Source: Candidatus Bathyarchaeota archaeon (GTDB taxonomy: Archaea > Thermoproteota > Bathyarchaeia > 40CM-2-53-6). From it: DNA of 64,000 nucleotides. The number at the start of each line of letters is the position of its first letter. The first letter of the stretch is position 1. The stretch spans positions 3,129-67,128 of the forward strand of contig CAWJRR010000008.1 of assembly GCA_963845275.1 (NCBI GenBank), in the 5' to 3' direction. Positions 18,397 to 28,248 of this stretch are shown piece by piece. Below the pieces are notes generated by a model. That model was not told where the DNA came from. It did not search any database and saw nothing but the letters and a program-made list of their open reading frames with translations. Made by a program: the position numbers and the translations under genes.

Positions 18397-18723
18397 CTAG
18401 AGTACTGAGAGAAACATTTGAGGTGCAATGAGAATTAATGCAAGTAAGCCTACCGCGATCCCCGTGAAGAATCCGGCCAGATGACGAAACGGTTGACGCG
18501 CCACGAAGCCAATAATTGTTGCAGGCAGACTTGTGGACACAAAATAGTCAGCTAACGGCACAAGCAATGTCAGAAGCACGATCCACAGCGCGTACTGATG
18601 AATCTTGGGCGCAACATTCGCTAGATCAGGGCTAATGCTGCTGACTCGACCAAGTCCCACTACACCGATAGCAAAACCGACAAGTAAGCCAACCACAGTT
18701 GTTGTAGAGACTTTCATTACCAC
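18397..18723 (-). CDS. Small integral membrane protein (hypothetical)
   Basis: 108-aa ORF with three to four hydrophobic helices. Confidence 0.4.
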   Translation of the reverse strand: MVMKVSTTTVVGLLVGFAIGVVGLGRVSSISPDLANVAPKIHQYALWIVLLTLLVPLADYFVSTSLPATIIGFVARQPFRHLAGFFTGIAVGLLALILIAPQMFLSVL

Positions 18724-18738
18724 ACCTTCTTCCTCCCA

Positions 18739-19386
18739 CTAAGATACTGCACTTACGTCAATGTAGTTCGACGGACACAACCCGCCACTCGGACTAACGT
18801 TGAAGCCCTGATAGAGATGCCCGGTCACAGTCACCCATCCTGAAGAGGCAAATGAGGTCGGTAGGTTGCGCAGCGTATAATACTGGTACGCCACAGTTTC
18901 CAAGTAATCTGGGTTGACGAATGGGATTGCTAATTCCACGCATCCACCCGTATCGTGATAAATGTACCCAGAGCACTCCACATTGCCGTTTACGCTCGAT
19001 GACTGACAGAGGCTATTGTAGCCAGGGGCAGGGTAGAGGCAGTTGTATTCACAAGTCTGGTACTCAAGATACGGAGGGTAAACGGGACCATTGCCAAAGC
19101 CTGAGACGGTGGTGGCTATACTAGTGATCGCCGCAGCGCTACTGACAGGACTGATACTAGTCACGGTAACCGTTTGTGTACTGTAGACGTCCTGTACGTT
19201 CGTTATTAGTTGCTGCTGTGTAGTTGTCATTCCACGAGTGGCTAACGGACTATTCGCCGAGTAGACGAGACCAAGAAAACCTACGATAACGATCACTATC
19301 ACTACTATTGCTGCCACATACCTATGACCAGGTTTATTGGGCTCAGGAATTTGCCGAGGCATACTACTTTCGCTCATATGAAACAA
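18739..19386 (-). CDS. N-terminally anchored Cys/Tyr-rich extracytoplasmic protein (hypothetical)
   Basis: 215-aa ORF with a TM anchor (YVAAIVVIVIVIVGFLGLVY), followed by a Thr/Ser linker and a Cys-rich domain. Confidence 0.5.
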   Translation of the reverse strand: MFHMSESSMPRQIPEPNKPGHRYVAAIVVIVIVIVGFLGLVYSANSPLATRGMTTTQQQLITNVQDVYSTQTVTVTSISPVSSAAAITSIATTVSGFGNGPVYPPYLEYQTCEYNCLYPAPGYNSLCQSSSVNGNVECSGYIYHDTGGCVELAIPFVNPDYLETVAYQYYTLRNLPTSFASSGWVTVTGHLYQGFNVSPSGGLCPSNYIDVSAVS

Positions 19387-19645
19387 TGAGACCTTCAGTC
19401 AAAGATCAGTTAAACGCATTTCCACTCGGTGGAAAAAGGTGAATAAAAGAGGAAAAAGCTTAGCGCACTGGTTTCTTTAGGAGCCAGTGTGAATCACTCG
19501 TCGTCAACGTCGTTAACGTCGTCGTCAGGCTCATTGACGTCGGGATCAACCTCATCCTCATTATCATAATCCACCATCTCTCACTTCACCACCTAACAAC
19601 CCTATGACTACTGCAATGTACAATTCAAAAGCCTTCTGACAAGAG

Positions 19646-20539
19646 TTAGGTGACTTTGCAGGAACCCCGTGATTCAGAGTTGCCATAGAACATTGTTATC
19701 GAAGTAGCCGCGAGGATCATTACGCCACCAAGCCACTGTAAAGCGTTGAGTGCGTTTCCGAAGAGCCCTATTGAGACCAGTATGGCGGTAACGGGTTCCA
19801 CGAGACTAATCAGCGCCGCCCTTGAGGGGCCGATTCTCGAAAGCCCGAGGAAGAAAGTAGTTACCGCGATGACCGTGCATACCACAGCGATCGCCACCAC
19901 CCAGAGCCATCCTTCAAAGCTCCAGTTAAGATGAATTGAACCGGTTAAGGCTCCTATTAACCCGAAGCTGACCGAAGCCGCTCCCATCACATAAAACGCC
20001 GCAACAGATCCTCTCACTCTTCTCAGAACCTTCGACCCGCTTAGAATATAGATTGTATACGTGACCGAAGCGCCGAGAGAGAGAAATACGCCCAACCCAA
20101 TGGGACTCCCGAACGGGTTAGCGACGAGAAACAGGCCCACCAGTGCAATGATGAAGGCGACTGTTAGGCGTCGCGACACTCTCTCCCATCCCAATGCGAA
20201 GGCGCCAATCGTCACGAAGACCGGATACGTGTAGAGAAGTAGCTCTACGATTGCTATAGGTGAGTAAAGGAGGGAAGTGTAGTAGAGCGTCGACTGAAGA
20301 AAGTACCCGAACGCGCCGAGACCAATCAAGACGAGTAGATCCTGAGTTTTTGGAATAATCAGGAGCCGTCTAGTTGAGAGAATCGCCCCCATGATTAGGA
20401 ACGCAAGCAGAAACCTAACGAAGAGCAGTTCATCAACACCGACTCCTTGAGAATAGGCCAGTCGAGCAAAGATGGGCATGAAGCCAAATGACACGGCTGA
20501 TACTAGAACAAGAAATATTCCTGTACTTCCCCTGCCCAT
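19646..20539 (-). CDS. EamA/DMT-superfamily transporter
   Basis: 297-aa ORF with ten hydrophobic helices arranged as two EamA-like halves. Confidence 0.8.
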   Translation of the reverse strand: MGRGSTGIFLVLVSAVSFGFMPIFARLAYSQGVGVDELLFVRFLLAFLIMGAILSTRRLLIIPKTQDLLVLIGLGAFGYFLQSTLYYTSLLYSPIAIVELLLYTYPVFVTIGAFALGWERVSRRLTVAFIIALVGLFLVANPFGSPIGLGVFLSLGASVTYTIYILSGSKVLRRVRGSVAAFYVMGAASVSFGLIGALTGSIHLNWSFEGWLWVVAIAVVCTVIAVTTFFLGLSRIGPSRAALISLVEPVTAILVSIGLFGNALNALQWLGGVMILAATSITMFYGNSESRGSCKVT

Positions 20540-20872
20540 TCAGAATCACTATGCGATTTCATTTCAACGTAAGTCACAGATCTTGCGTAAAAGACCTCAT
20601 GTTTCTCGAGCATCAGTCGGCATGCAGTGTGTGCGCGAGCCCTTCTCACTAACGAATAATTCTGCGAGCGAACCGAGCAGTTTGTAGAAGTGCGTGAGGA
20701 TGGTGCTGCGCGCCAATCCAATTCGCTATGCTCTTAGTACGACCTTTGTAACCTGATTCAAGGTCTTATACCTCCGAACCACATGATCTCTTGAAAAGAA
20801 CGAACAAGAATTTCACAAGACAGATAACAGGAAGCTGTGTTGTAATGCGTCATTGGGTGGATTAGGGGGTGA

Positions 20873-21157
20873 ATGTTTACGCCAGCGGAATCAAAATTTG
20901 AGATTTACAAGGATCATGCCGGCAAGTTTAGGTGGAGATTGAAAGCTTCAAACGATGAAGAGATAGCGTCAGGTCAAGGGTACGAATCGAAAGAAGGCTG
21001 CATGAAAGGCGTCGAATCCGTCAAGCATATGGCGTCTAACGCTAAGATACTTGACTTTACGGCACGCGCCTGCCCCAAATGTAATGTCATGATACGTGCT
21101 GACAGCAACTATTGTGACCATTGCGGCACCCGACTTGACTGGCAAAGACCCTACTAG
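20873..21157 (+). CDS. YegP/DUF1508 domain fused to a C-terminal zinc ribbon
   Basis: 94-aa ORF. FEIYKDHAGKFRWRLKASNDEEIASGQGYESKEGCMKGVESVK is YegP-like. It is followed by CPKCNVMIRADSNYCDHCG. Confidence 0.7.
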   Translation: MFTPAESKFEIYKDHAGKFRWRLKASNDEEIASGQGYESKEGCMKGVESVKHMASNAKILDFTARACPKCNVMIRADSNYCDHCGTRLDWQRPY

Positions 21158-21373
21158 TAAACTCCCAACGGTTACAAATTACTTGCGGGTTCGCCCTACT
21201 ACTGGTACTAGCAGCAGGGTCTTCTGAAAATTGCTCTTCGACGTGGAGAGCCACGTTTATGCTAGTCCTATCTATGCGAAAAGCTCCCCTACATGCGAGA
21301 CGACTTCGACTAAACAACACATCACAAACCAGCAACCAACCCTTAATTCGTTTGTCGTCGGGTCCGGGTGCAG

Positions 21374-21400
21374 TTTGATGTGTGCTTATGGTGGTGCGGA
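21374..21400. repeat. Copy of the GT-rich/GGTGCG short repeat family (degenerate)
   Basis: TTTGATGTGTGCTTATGGTGGTGCGGA resembles CTTGTGTGTGTGGCTCTAGTGGTGCGGG at 23648-23675. Confidence 0.4.
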
Positions 21401-21686
21401 GGACTCACAGACTGCGGTGGCGGTGGACTCACATTATCTGCCGAGGTACAATCCGCAACGCCAACAGAACCTAAAATCATTCCGAAGCGGTGCACAGCAT
21501 CGTGGACAAATTGCAAACGCGTTAGGCCCATACGGTATGCGTCGCTGAGGAGGATAGATGAATCCCAACGATCAGTCGCTTCCAACACGCAACTATGTCT
21601 GACCGTAATAATAATGATACCTAAACCGTTGAGTGCAAGTGATGCGCCAAGTTTCCGAAGTTATGTTATGCGACGTGAGTCTAGAG

Positions 21687-21741
21687 ATTTGAACCGTCGT
21701 CGTCTAATTGTGGGTGGTACGCATGGTGCGCACACACACAC
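21687..21741. repeat. Short repeat family copy A (ATTTGAACCGTCGT core plus GGTGCGCACACACACAC)
   Basis: ATTTGAACCGTCGT lies at 21687-21700 and GGTGCGCACACACACAC at 21725-21741. Confidence 0.6.
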
Positions 21742-21950
21742 TAACGGGCGACCGTGAGCACACCGTATCTCCATAGGACGAACCAAATGTTGATGAGGAG
21801 CGGTATCAACGTGACAACAATAACCAAAAATATCCATCGCCCTGTTATCGCAACATGTCTTGTTGACATTACGTAAAATATGATTGCATCGGTGAGAGCG
21901 ATAATGATGATTGCGCGAAGAGTTAAGTCATAAAGTAACGAAAAACCCAT
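21741..21950 (-). CDS. Small two-TM membrane protein (hypothetical)
   Basis: 69-aa ORF. Its ATG directly abuts the stop of the upstream AbrB-like ORF. Confidence 0.4.
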   Translation of the reverse strand: MGFSLLYDLTLRAIIIIALTDAIIFYVMSTRHVAITGRWIFLVIVVTLIPLLINIWFVLWRYGVLTVAR

Positions 21951-22217
21951 TCAACTCACCTCCTCTCGTTTCGGCTTTGATGGATTCGATTGACGAGGCT
22001 TGACAAACATAACTATTCCACCTTGAGCCCGCATCTTCCATTCCAATTGGTCGCCCTCACTTAATCCGAATTGTCTGACGATTCCAATTGGAAGCGTTGA
22101 CCGTAATGACTTGCTCTTGGACGTTGCCCCAGACCAATCGGAACCCGGCGGGGGCGGGGTATAGTGGTGCGCACACACACTGACCAACGCTAATTCACCT
22201 CTGCAAACCGGAAGCAA
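21951..22217 (-). CDS. AbrB/SpoVT-like looped-hinge-helix DNA-binding protein (start uncertain)
   Basis: LPIGIVRQFGLSEGDQLEWKMRAQGGIVMFVKP fits the AbrB/MazE fold pattern. The N-terminal part of the ORF is read through repeat copy B, so the true start is unclear. Confidence 0.45.
   Translation of the reverse strand: MLPVCRGELALVSVCAHHYTPPPPGSDWSGATSKSKSLRSTLPIGIVRQFGLSEGDQLEWKMRAQGGIVMFVKPRQSNPSKPKREEVS
22151..22180. repeat. Short repeat family copy B
   Basis: GGGGCGGGGTATAGTGGTGCGCACACACAC is nearly the reverse complement of 23709-23738. Confidence 0.6.
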
Positions 22218-22319
22218 CGGAAAGAGGAGAAAGATTAGAAGTCACAGGTTCGCATGGCACTCGCCCGACATCTTTGTATTCGACGGGTTGCTCGCGTTCG
22301 ATGCGAGGACCTGCGCGCT

Positions 22320-22703
22320 ATGATATTTGACGAAGAAGCGATTGAGATAATCGATGGAAAGAATTTTGCTTATTTCGCTACAACGATGGCTGATGGTTCT
22401 CCACATGTAGCCCCTGTCTGGATCGACCGCAACGAAGATACGCTTCTGATAAACACCGTCCCAGGCAGGCTGAAACAGAAGAATGTTTCAAGAGACCCAA
22501 GAGTGACGATAAGCATAACCCAAGAGAAGAATCGCTACCGGCATTTGTTCATAAGAGGAAAAGTCATCCAACAAACGAAGGAAGGCGCTCTGGACCACAT
22601 AAATCGATTATCGAGGAAATATCTCGGCAAAGATTACCCATGGAATGATAAGAACAGAATCATCCTCCGAATCAAGCCAGAATACGTTAAGATCTTGGAA
22701 TAA
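22320..22703 (+). CDS. Pyridoxamine 5'-phosphate oxidase-family (PPOX class, probably F420/FMN-binding) protein
   Basis: GKNFAYFATTMADGSPHVAPVWIDRNEDTLLINT...KNVSRDPRVTISI is typical. ATG at 22320 is preferred over the upstream start of ORF 22254-22703. Confidence 0.75.
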   Translation: MIFDEEAIEIIDGKNFAYFATTMADGSPHVAPVWIDRNEDTLLINTVPGRLKQKNVSRDPRVTISITQEKNRYRHLFIRGKVIQQTKEGALDHINRLSRKYLGKDYPWNDKNRIILRIKPEYVKILE

Positions 22704-22765
22704 CGCGGCGGGTTCGCATCCAATCCATCGCCAAATTCAATTAGAGTGGAAGTTGTGATTTTCTA

Positions 22766-22798
22766 TGTATGTGTGCGCACCACGGGACCCACACACAC
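22766..22798. repeat. Short repeat family copy C (inverted orientation)
   Basis: ATGTATGTGTGCGCACCACGGGACCCACACACAC contains GTGTGCGCACCAC, which is the reverse complement of GTGGTGCGCACAC in copies A and B. Confidence 0.6.
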
Positions 22799-22807
22799 TG
22801 GACTTAG

Positions 22808-23508
22808 CTACACGCCAACGGCTTTCACACTCTTGGCAGCCTGTTCGATAAGTGCCGCGACAGCGCCAGGCTGCGACACATAGATCGCGTGACTACCTTT
22901 GACCTCGACAACTGTAGAGCCCGCTCGCTTGGCCATGGCGCACTGCGCGGCAGGCGGAATCATCTTGTCCTCGGTGACAACCAAGTACCAGCTCGGCTTG
23001 GCCTTCCACGCCGGTTCGCTGATTCTGCCGCTGAGAGCCGCCACACCCCAGGGAACCTGGGAGTCGGCCATGAACGCCGCCTTCTCTGCTTCCACATCGG
23101 CCGCAAAGAGGCAGGAAACTTAGCCTTGTCAAGGAACAGAAAGCCGTCCTGCGGAGGCAAAATAGGCGGTACAGGCGCACCGGGCGGTGGATCCTTGATG
23201 AGCGTTGACACGGACTCCCCCTTGTCTGGAGCAAAGGCGGTGATATACACAAGCCCCGCGACCTTCGGATGGTTGCCCGCTTCCGTGATTACCGCACCGC
23301 CGTATGAGTGGCCGACAAGAATCGCCGGAGCGTCCTGCGCTGCCAGAACGCGCTTGGTAACCGCGACGTCATCCTCCAACGAAGTCGTCGGGTTTTGGAC
23401 GATGCTGACATCGTAACCGTTCTTCTTCAGAATCTTGTATACGCCCTCCCAGCCAGCGCCGTCTACAAAGCCACCGTGAACCAAGACGACATTCTTTATG
23501 CTCGTCAC
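22808..23508 (-). pseudogene. Alpha/beta-hydrolase, split by one frameshift
   Basis: ORF 22960-23508 carries VVLVHGGF...LVGHSYGG (nucleophile elbow). ORF 22808-23095 carries the C-terminal half (PSWYLVVTEDKMIP...VEVKGSHAIYVSQP, with the His). The frames switch near 23100-23125. The segment is visibly GC-richer than its surroundings. Confidence 0.75.
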
Positions 23509-23630
23509 GTCTTGTTGACACTGTCCTCGCAGTGATAGCGCTTACCTAGGACAGATTCAGTAGGACCTTATATGACCGTAATCGGAATCCAATCTGCTTG
23601 TATGCTGCTTCTCTTCTTCCCTGAAACAGA

Positions 23631-23738
23631 ATTTGAACCGTCGTTTTCTTGTGTGTGTGGCTCTAGTGGTGCGGGCATCCAAATTTGAACCGTCGTCATT
23701 CATCATTTGTGTGTGTGCGCGCACCACTACACCCCCCC
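23631..23738. repeat. Short repeat family copies D1 and D2 (two ATTTGAACCGTCGT cores, inverted GTGTGTGTGCGCGCACCAC arm)
   Basis: ATTTGAACCGTCGT lies at 23631-23644 and 23683-23696. GTGTGTGTGCGCGCACCACTACACCCCCCC lies at 23709-23738. Confidence 0.6.
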
Positions 23739-23838
23739 AGAAAACAATTAGCTAACTCAACTTCTCATGCCCACTGCATTCTCACGCCTGAATCGAATTC
23801 GAAAAATGATGGAAGATTGACGAGATATCTCTCATCAA

Positions 23839-26208
23839 TCACTGTCGTGTCATGGCTAGGTGAAGGCGTTGTTCGGGTGTGATGAGATGGTCGTGACTGT
23901 CTAAGCCCAAGTCGATCTGCACCCATTTGATCTTCCCGGTAAATTCGCTCTCTTGTGTTGGATAGTCAGGAGTCACGTTCGTGCCGGTCTCGTGACCGAT
24001 ATCAGCCCCTCGTCACCAGAGAAGGCCATAGGTTGGGTAACCTCAACTCGTCCTTCGCCAGCCTTCTGCCCATCATAGTATACAGTTACGTTACCGCCCT
24101 TTCCCAATCCGCCCCCATCATACTTGAACTCCATACGGACCTGATGCTCGCCCGACGGAATCGGTTTCGTTGCCTCTGTCGTGAAGAGTTTAAGGCCAAG
24201 GAAGTTGTACGCGAATTTTGCTTTGCCAGCTTTCGTATAGAGACTCCACCCGCCGAATTTCCGGCTTGATGGATGATTACTCCTTCCGCTCCGGCAGTGG
24301 GAACCACGAGTTCTGCCGTGACGGACCAAGACTTATTCTTGATACTCACGACGCTGCTTTCTAAGAGGCGCCCCATTCCAGCGAAGAATAGTTGCGAATT
24401 TCCTTTGATTAGTTGCGGACGTCCAGCCAAATCGGCGTTAAAGCGTTCGAATGTTCTATCATCCAAGGGTAATACGTTATACTTTGTCGCCTCAATCAAC
24501 CATAGGCGTTGGAGTTCAGCCAGTTTCTCCGGCATCTCTTTCGATAAGTCATGCGCCTGAGTCCAGTCCTTGCTACCATCATAAAGTTCCCAGTTATCCT
24601 TATCAAACGGCGGCGGCTGTCCGGGACCCAAGGTGTGCGATGCTTCGTAACCGCACTCCAACCCTTATAGTAAATCCCACGGTTACAAAACATCTCAAAG
24701 TATTGCAGGTCACGTCGTTCTGGGGCCTTGGCATCGTTGAAACTGTACAGCATACTCTTACCTTCCATCGGCGACTGCATAACACCATTCACTATGGTCG
24801 GCTCAGGAATACCAGCTGCTTCAAGAATTGTTGGGGCAACGTCGATAACGTGGCAGAACTGGTTACGGATCGCATTCTTCTCCTTAATGCCTTTCGGCCA
24901 ATGAATTATCGTACCGTTCCTCGTGCCACCCCAATGAGACGCCACCTGCTTAGTCCACTGGTACGGCGTATCCATAGCCCACGCCCAACCCACCGCATAG
25001 TGATTATACGCGTCTGGCGAGCCAAACTTGTCAAGTTTCGATAAGAGAAACTCAGGGGTCTCGACACCAGTAATCCAGTTCAACAGAATCATTTCATTGA
25101 ACGAGCCCTGAAGTGTTCCTTCAGCAGAAGCTCCGTTGTCGCCTATGATCACGAAGATTAACGTGTCATCCATGATTCCAAGGTCTTCAATCGCGTCGAT
25201 GACCCGACCTACTTGATGATCCGTGTGCGACAGGAAACCCGCGTAAACCTCCATCTCCCTCTCAAGAACTGGTTTGAGCTTCGGATCCATCGCGTCCCAA
25301 GCGGGGATCTCCGCATGGCGTTTAGTTAACTCAGCATTCTGCGGAATGACGCCCAGCGCTTTCTGTTTCTGGAATGTGATCTCCCGTTGCTTATCCCAGC
25401 CATGCGCGAATTTGCCCTTGTACTTGTCCGCCCACTCCTTAGGAACATGATGAGGCGCGTGAGTGGCGCCAGGGGCGAAATAAGCGAAGAACGGCTTGTC
25501 AGGCATCAAAGCCTTCTGCTGACGAATCCACGCAATCGTCCTGTCCGCCAGATCCTCAGTCAGGTGGTAACCTTGCTCAGGGGTTCTGGGGGGTTCGACG
25601 GGGACGGTGCCATTGTAAAGGCCGGGATACCATTGGTTAGTTTCGCCACCGATGAATCCGTAGAAGTATTCAAAGCCACCCCCTCCCACCGGCCAATGAT
25701 CAAAAGGTCCCAACGGAGACGTCTGCCAAACAGGCACTTCGTGGCATTTTCCGAACTGGGCGGTTGAATATCCGTTCAGCTTCAACGTCATCGCTAACGC
25801 AGCTTTGGTGTTCGAGCACAGTGAGTTGTAGCCTGGGGCCGAGGTCGCTGTCTCCGTGACCCCACCCATACCCGTTGAATGATGATTCCTTCCAGTCAGT
25901 AACGCTTGCCGGGTTGGTGAACAAAGAGCCGTAGTATGAAACCGAGTGTACCGTAAACCTCCCGATGCGAGTTTCTCAAAGTTCGGCGTGTAACATGGTC
26001 CACCAAACGCGCTGGATGAACCGAACCCCGCGTCATCAATCAGCACGATCAGAACATTAGGAGCACCCACAGGTGGCCGTATCTCTCTGATCGGAGGATA
26101 CTTCGTATCCGGATCCTTCGCATCATAAGTTGTCAAACCAAACTGTGGTCGGTCAGGAATTGGCAGAATGCTACGTTCAACCTTAGCGGAATCAGTCGAT
26201 GATGACAT
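23839..26208 (-). pseudogene. Arylsulfatase (Cys-type, ~790-aa class) with at least three frameshifts
   Basis: ORFs 24496-26208, 24086-24661 and 23973-24329, plus an unlisted tail (..TGTNVTPDY..KIKWVQIDLGLDSHDHLITPEQRLHLAMTRQ, stop at 23839-23841), are colinear with the intact paralog 29733-32114. Frame changes lie near 24621-24630, 24258-24260 and 24006-24009. Confidence 0.85.
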
Positions 26209-26426
26209 AACAAGTCAATATTACACTAGGCTCTTTACAGAAATAACATTTTGCCGAAAAGTCCTTTCATGACAGCGCGAGAAAAAGGAGGAAGAGCCCT
26301 TAAGATTCATAGGGCAAGCTTCCAGTAGCCGTTATCATCCGTCTCTCCTACAAGAAGTCATAGAGCAGCAGAATTTGAACGTCTCGAAAAGAAATGAAGG
26401 AGAGACTCTGGCGACGTTACTGAAAC

Positions 26427-26858
26427 TTACTTCTTGTAGGCCTTCACTAGTTGTCTTATTACGAATACTAAGGCGAGTCCGAAGATTAGCCACGGGACGT
26501 GAAACATGTACTCGGTGAATGCTAGAAGCATCCAGTTTGGCGGCATTGCGCCCGTGTTATGGAGCCCATCGTGTATCCAATTCAGGAGTGTGAACCAAAG
26601 TGCGATGAATGAGAGCACCAGGAGCGAACCACGAATCTCCCTGGGCCATTTGGAGTAATTTATTCCAAGGTAGATCAAGATTGCTATGCCAACTCCGAAG
26701 GCTAGGGCGTCCCAGATGCTGAGAAAGATGAAGGCTGGAAGCCATGACATCGGCGGCATAGCTGCGGGCGGGAAGATCGTTGGCTCGGTGAACAGAATCA
26801 CTACGGTCAATACAGCAGCGACAACTACTAAGCCAATCTTAGTCGTTCTTGTTGTCAC
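26427..26858 (-). CDS. Integral membrane protein (hypothetical, four helices)
   Basis: 143-aa ORF with four clear hydrophobic helices. Confidence 0.5.
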   Translation of the reverse strand: MTTRTTKIGLVVVAAVLTVVILFTEPTIFPPAAMPPMSWLPAFIFLSIWDALAFGVGIAILIYLGINYSKWPREIRGSLLVLSFIALWFTLLNWIHDGLHNTGAMPPNWMLLAFTEYMFHVPWLIFGLALVFVIRQLVKAYKK

Positions 26859-27179
26859 TTTTTCACCTCCTACTCACTTCACGTTGGGTACTTACTGCCC
26901 TTGTGTTCCCTTAGAGTTCCGACTCGCAGAGAATACAGCAGCCGCATTCAAACGCGGACTAGCGACGAATCGCAAGCTCGGTAAGTGAGTGCGGCGAAGT
27001 AGGTAGTTATCGCTTGCCATTCCGTAGGGCATGGTTGGGCGTGTGCGGATCGTGGCGTGGATGAGGAGGATGAAGAAGTTTCTGGAGAAGAGAGCGAAGA
27101 TGCATGTAACTCCTAGTTCCACGCTCGGCTGGTAGCAATCTTGAAGAATGTCCGGGGAAACATTGTGGTCGAACCCTAG

Positions 27180-27728
27180 ATGAACACCAACATACCGGAG
27201 AAAATATTCCTCACAAAGGGTGTGGGTACCCACAAAGAGAGACTAGCAAGTTTCGAGCTGGCTCTTCGAGATGCGGGTATAGCCTCATGTAACCTAGTCT
27301 ACGTGTCAAGCATCGTACCTCCCAACTGCACCATACTCTCCAGGAACGAGGGTGTCGAACTTCTGAAACCCGGTCAAATACTATTCTGTGTGATGAGTCG
27401 CATCGATACGAATGAGCCGAACAGACTTATGGCCGCAGCCATAGGGATGGCACTGCCGACCGACAAAACAGTGTACGGTTACCTGTCTGAACACAAGTCA
27501 TATGGTCAGACGCAGGAGAAAGCTGGTGACTACGCCGAAGACCTAGCTGCTTCAATGCTCGCGTCGACGCTTGGCGTACCGTTTGACGTCGATAACGCCT
27601 GGGACATTAAGCAAGAGATATGGAACATATCGGGCAAGAAGGTCACCACGAGAAACATTTGTCAATCAGCAGAAGGCAACAAAGACGGATTGTGGACGAC
27701 CGCGATTACGGCCGCCATAATGCTCTAG
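27180..27728 (+). CDS. pdaD: Pyruvoyl-dependent arginine decarboxylase
   Basis: 182-aa ORF. It has FLTKGVGTHKERLASFELALRDAGIASCNLVYVSSIVPP (self-cleavage Ser-Ser) and a typical length. Confidence 0.85.
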   Translation: MNTNIPEKIFLTKGVGTHKERLASFELALRDAGIASCNLVYVSSIVPPNCTILSRNEGVELLKPGQILFCVMSRIDTNEPNRLMAAAIGMALPTDKTVYGYLSEHKSYGQTQEKAGDYAEDLAASMLASTLGVPFDVDNAWDIKQEIWNISGKKVTTRNICQSAEGNKDGLWTTAITAAIML

Positions 27729-27866
27729 TTCGCTATGTATTCTCGCCCTACAGCAGCTTAATGGAACAGTTAGCCACTAAACTCAAGCGCTTGCGTCGTC
27801 AGAGAAGCCGGGGGTTCCTACGCAACTAGTCTGATCTATTCTAGAGAGTGAACGGGTGGTTCTGTT

Positions 27867-28244
27867 CTATAGTAGTTCTGTCCACTTCTCCGGTTTCTCT
27901 ATGACCTTGACTTCGCTGACCGTTCGCATCATCCTTGACTCTTGGGGTCTTGTCTGGTCGATCATGTCCCAAGTCGCGATAGTCCATTGCTCTAAAGCTT
28001 TACAGTCACGCATCTTGTCAAAAGAGGCCCAGTCCGGCGCAGCCCACCAATCCTCGGCATCATAATCTCCAAAGCCATGAATCGTGGTGTAAGTGTTAAG
28101 GTACTTGACCCCCGTTTCCTTCTGTATTCGAGAAGCCAATAGCTTTGCCTCGTCTGACTTCAACCATTTTACGTACTCTGTAACTTTCCCTGGTTTTCCA
28201 TAATAGCTCCATACCCAATAAATCGACATACTTCCCTCACCCAC
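27867..28244 (-). CDS. Hypothetical Trp-rich protein
   Basis: 125-aa ORF that starts 5 nt after the stop of the unlisted zinc-ribbon ORF. Confidence 0.45.
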   Translation of the reverse strand: MGEGSMSIYWVWSYYGKPGKVTEYVKWLKSDEAKLLASRIQKETGVKYLNTYTTIHGFGDYDAEDWWAAPDWASFDKMRDCKALEQWTIATWDMIDQTRPQESRMMRTVSEVKVIEKPEKWTELL

Positions 28245-28248
28245 CCCT

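Noticed and set aside
21200-21690. Protein-coding genes among the overlapping ORFs 21231-21548, 21343-21588 and 21368-21757
   Set aside because: The ORFs overlap each other in different frames and on both strands, and they carry no motifs. The stretch contains repeat-like GT-rich strings. I leave it unannotated as possible non-coding or degraded sequence.
22889-23416. 175-aa plus-strand ORF and other overlapping ORFs over the hydrolase locus
   Set aside because: The GC-rich sequence leaves several frames open. Only the two minus-strand pieces carry alpha/beta-hydrolase motifs.
21687-23700. tRNA genes suggested by GGTTCAAAT-like T-loop sequences (complement of ATTTGAACC)
   Set aside because: In none of the three copies does the sequence after the loop pair with the 5' T-stem (ACGG). 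No D-arm, anticodon arm or complementary acceptor stem can be drawn. I treat them as tRNA-derived or tRNA-like repeat cores only.
21374-23738. Integron-like cassette array with attC sites
   Set aside because: No integrase gene is present in the window, cassette gene orientations are mixed, and I cannot identify R/L core sites (GTTRRRY). This is kept only as one speculative reading of the repeat family.
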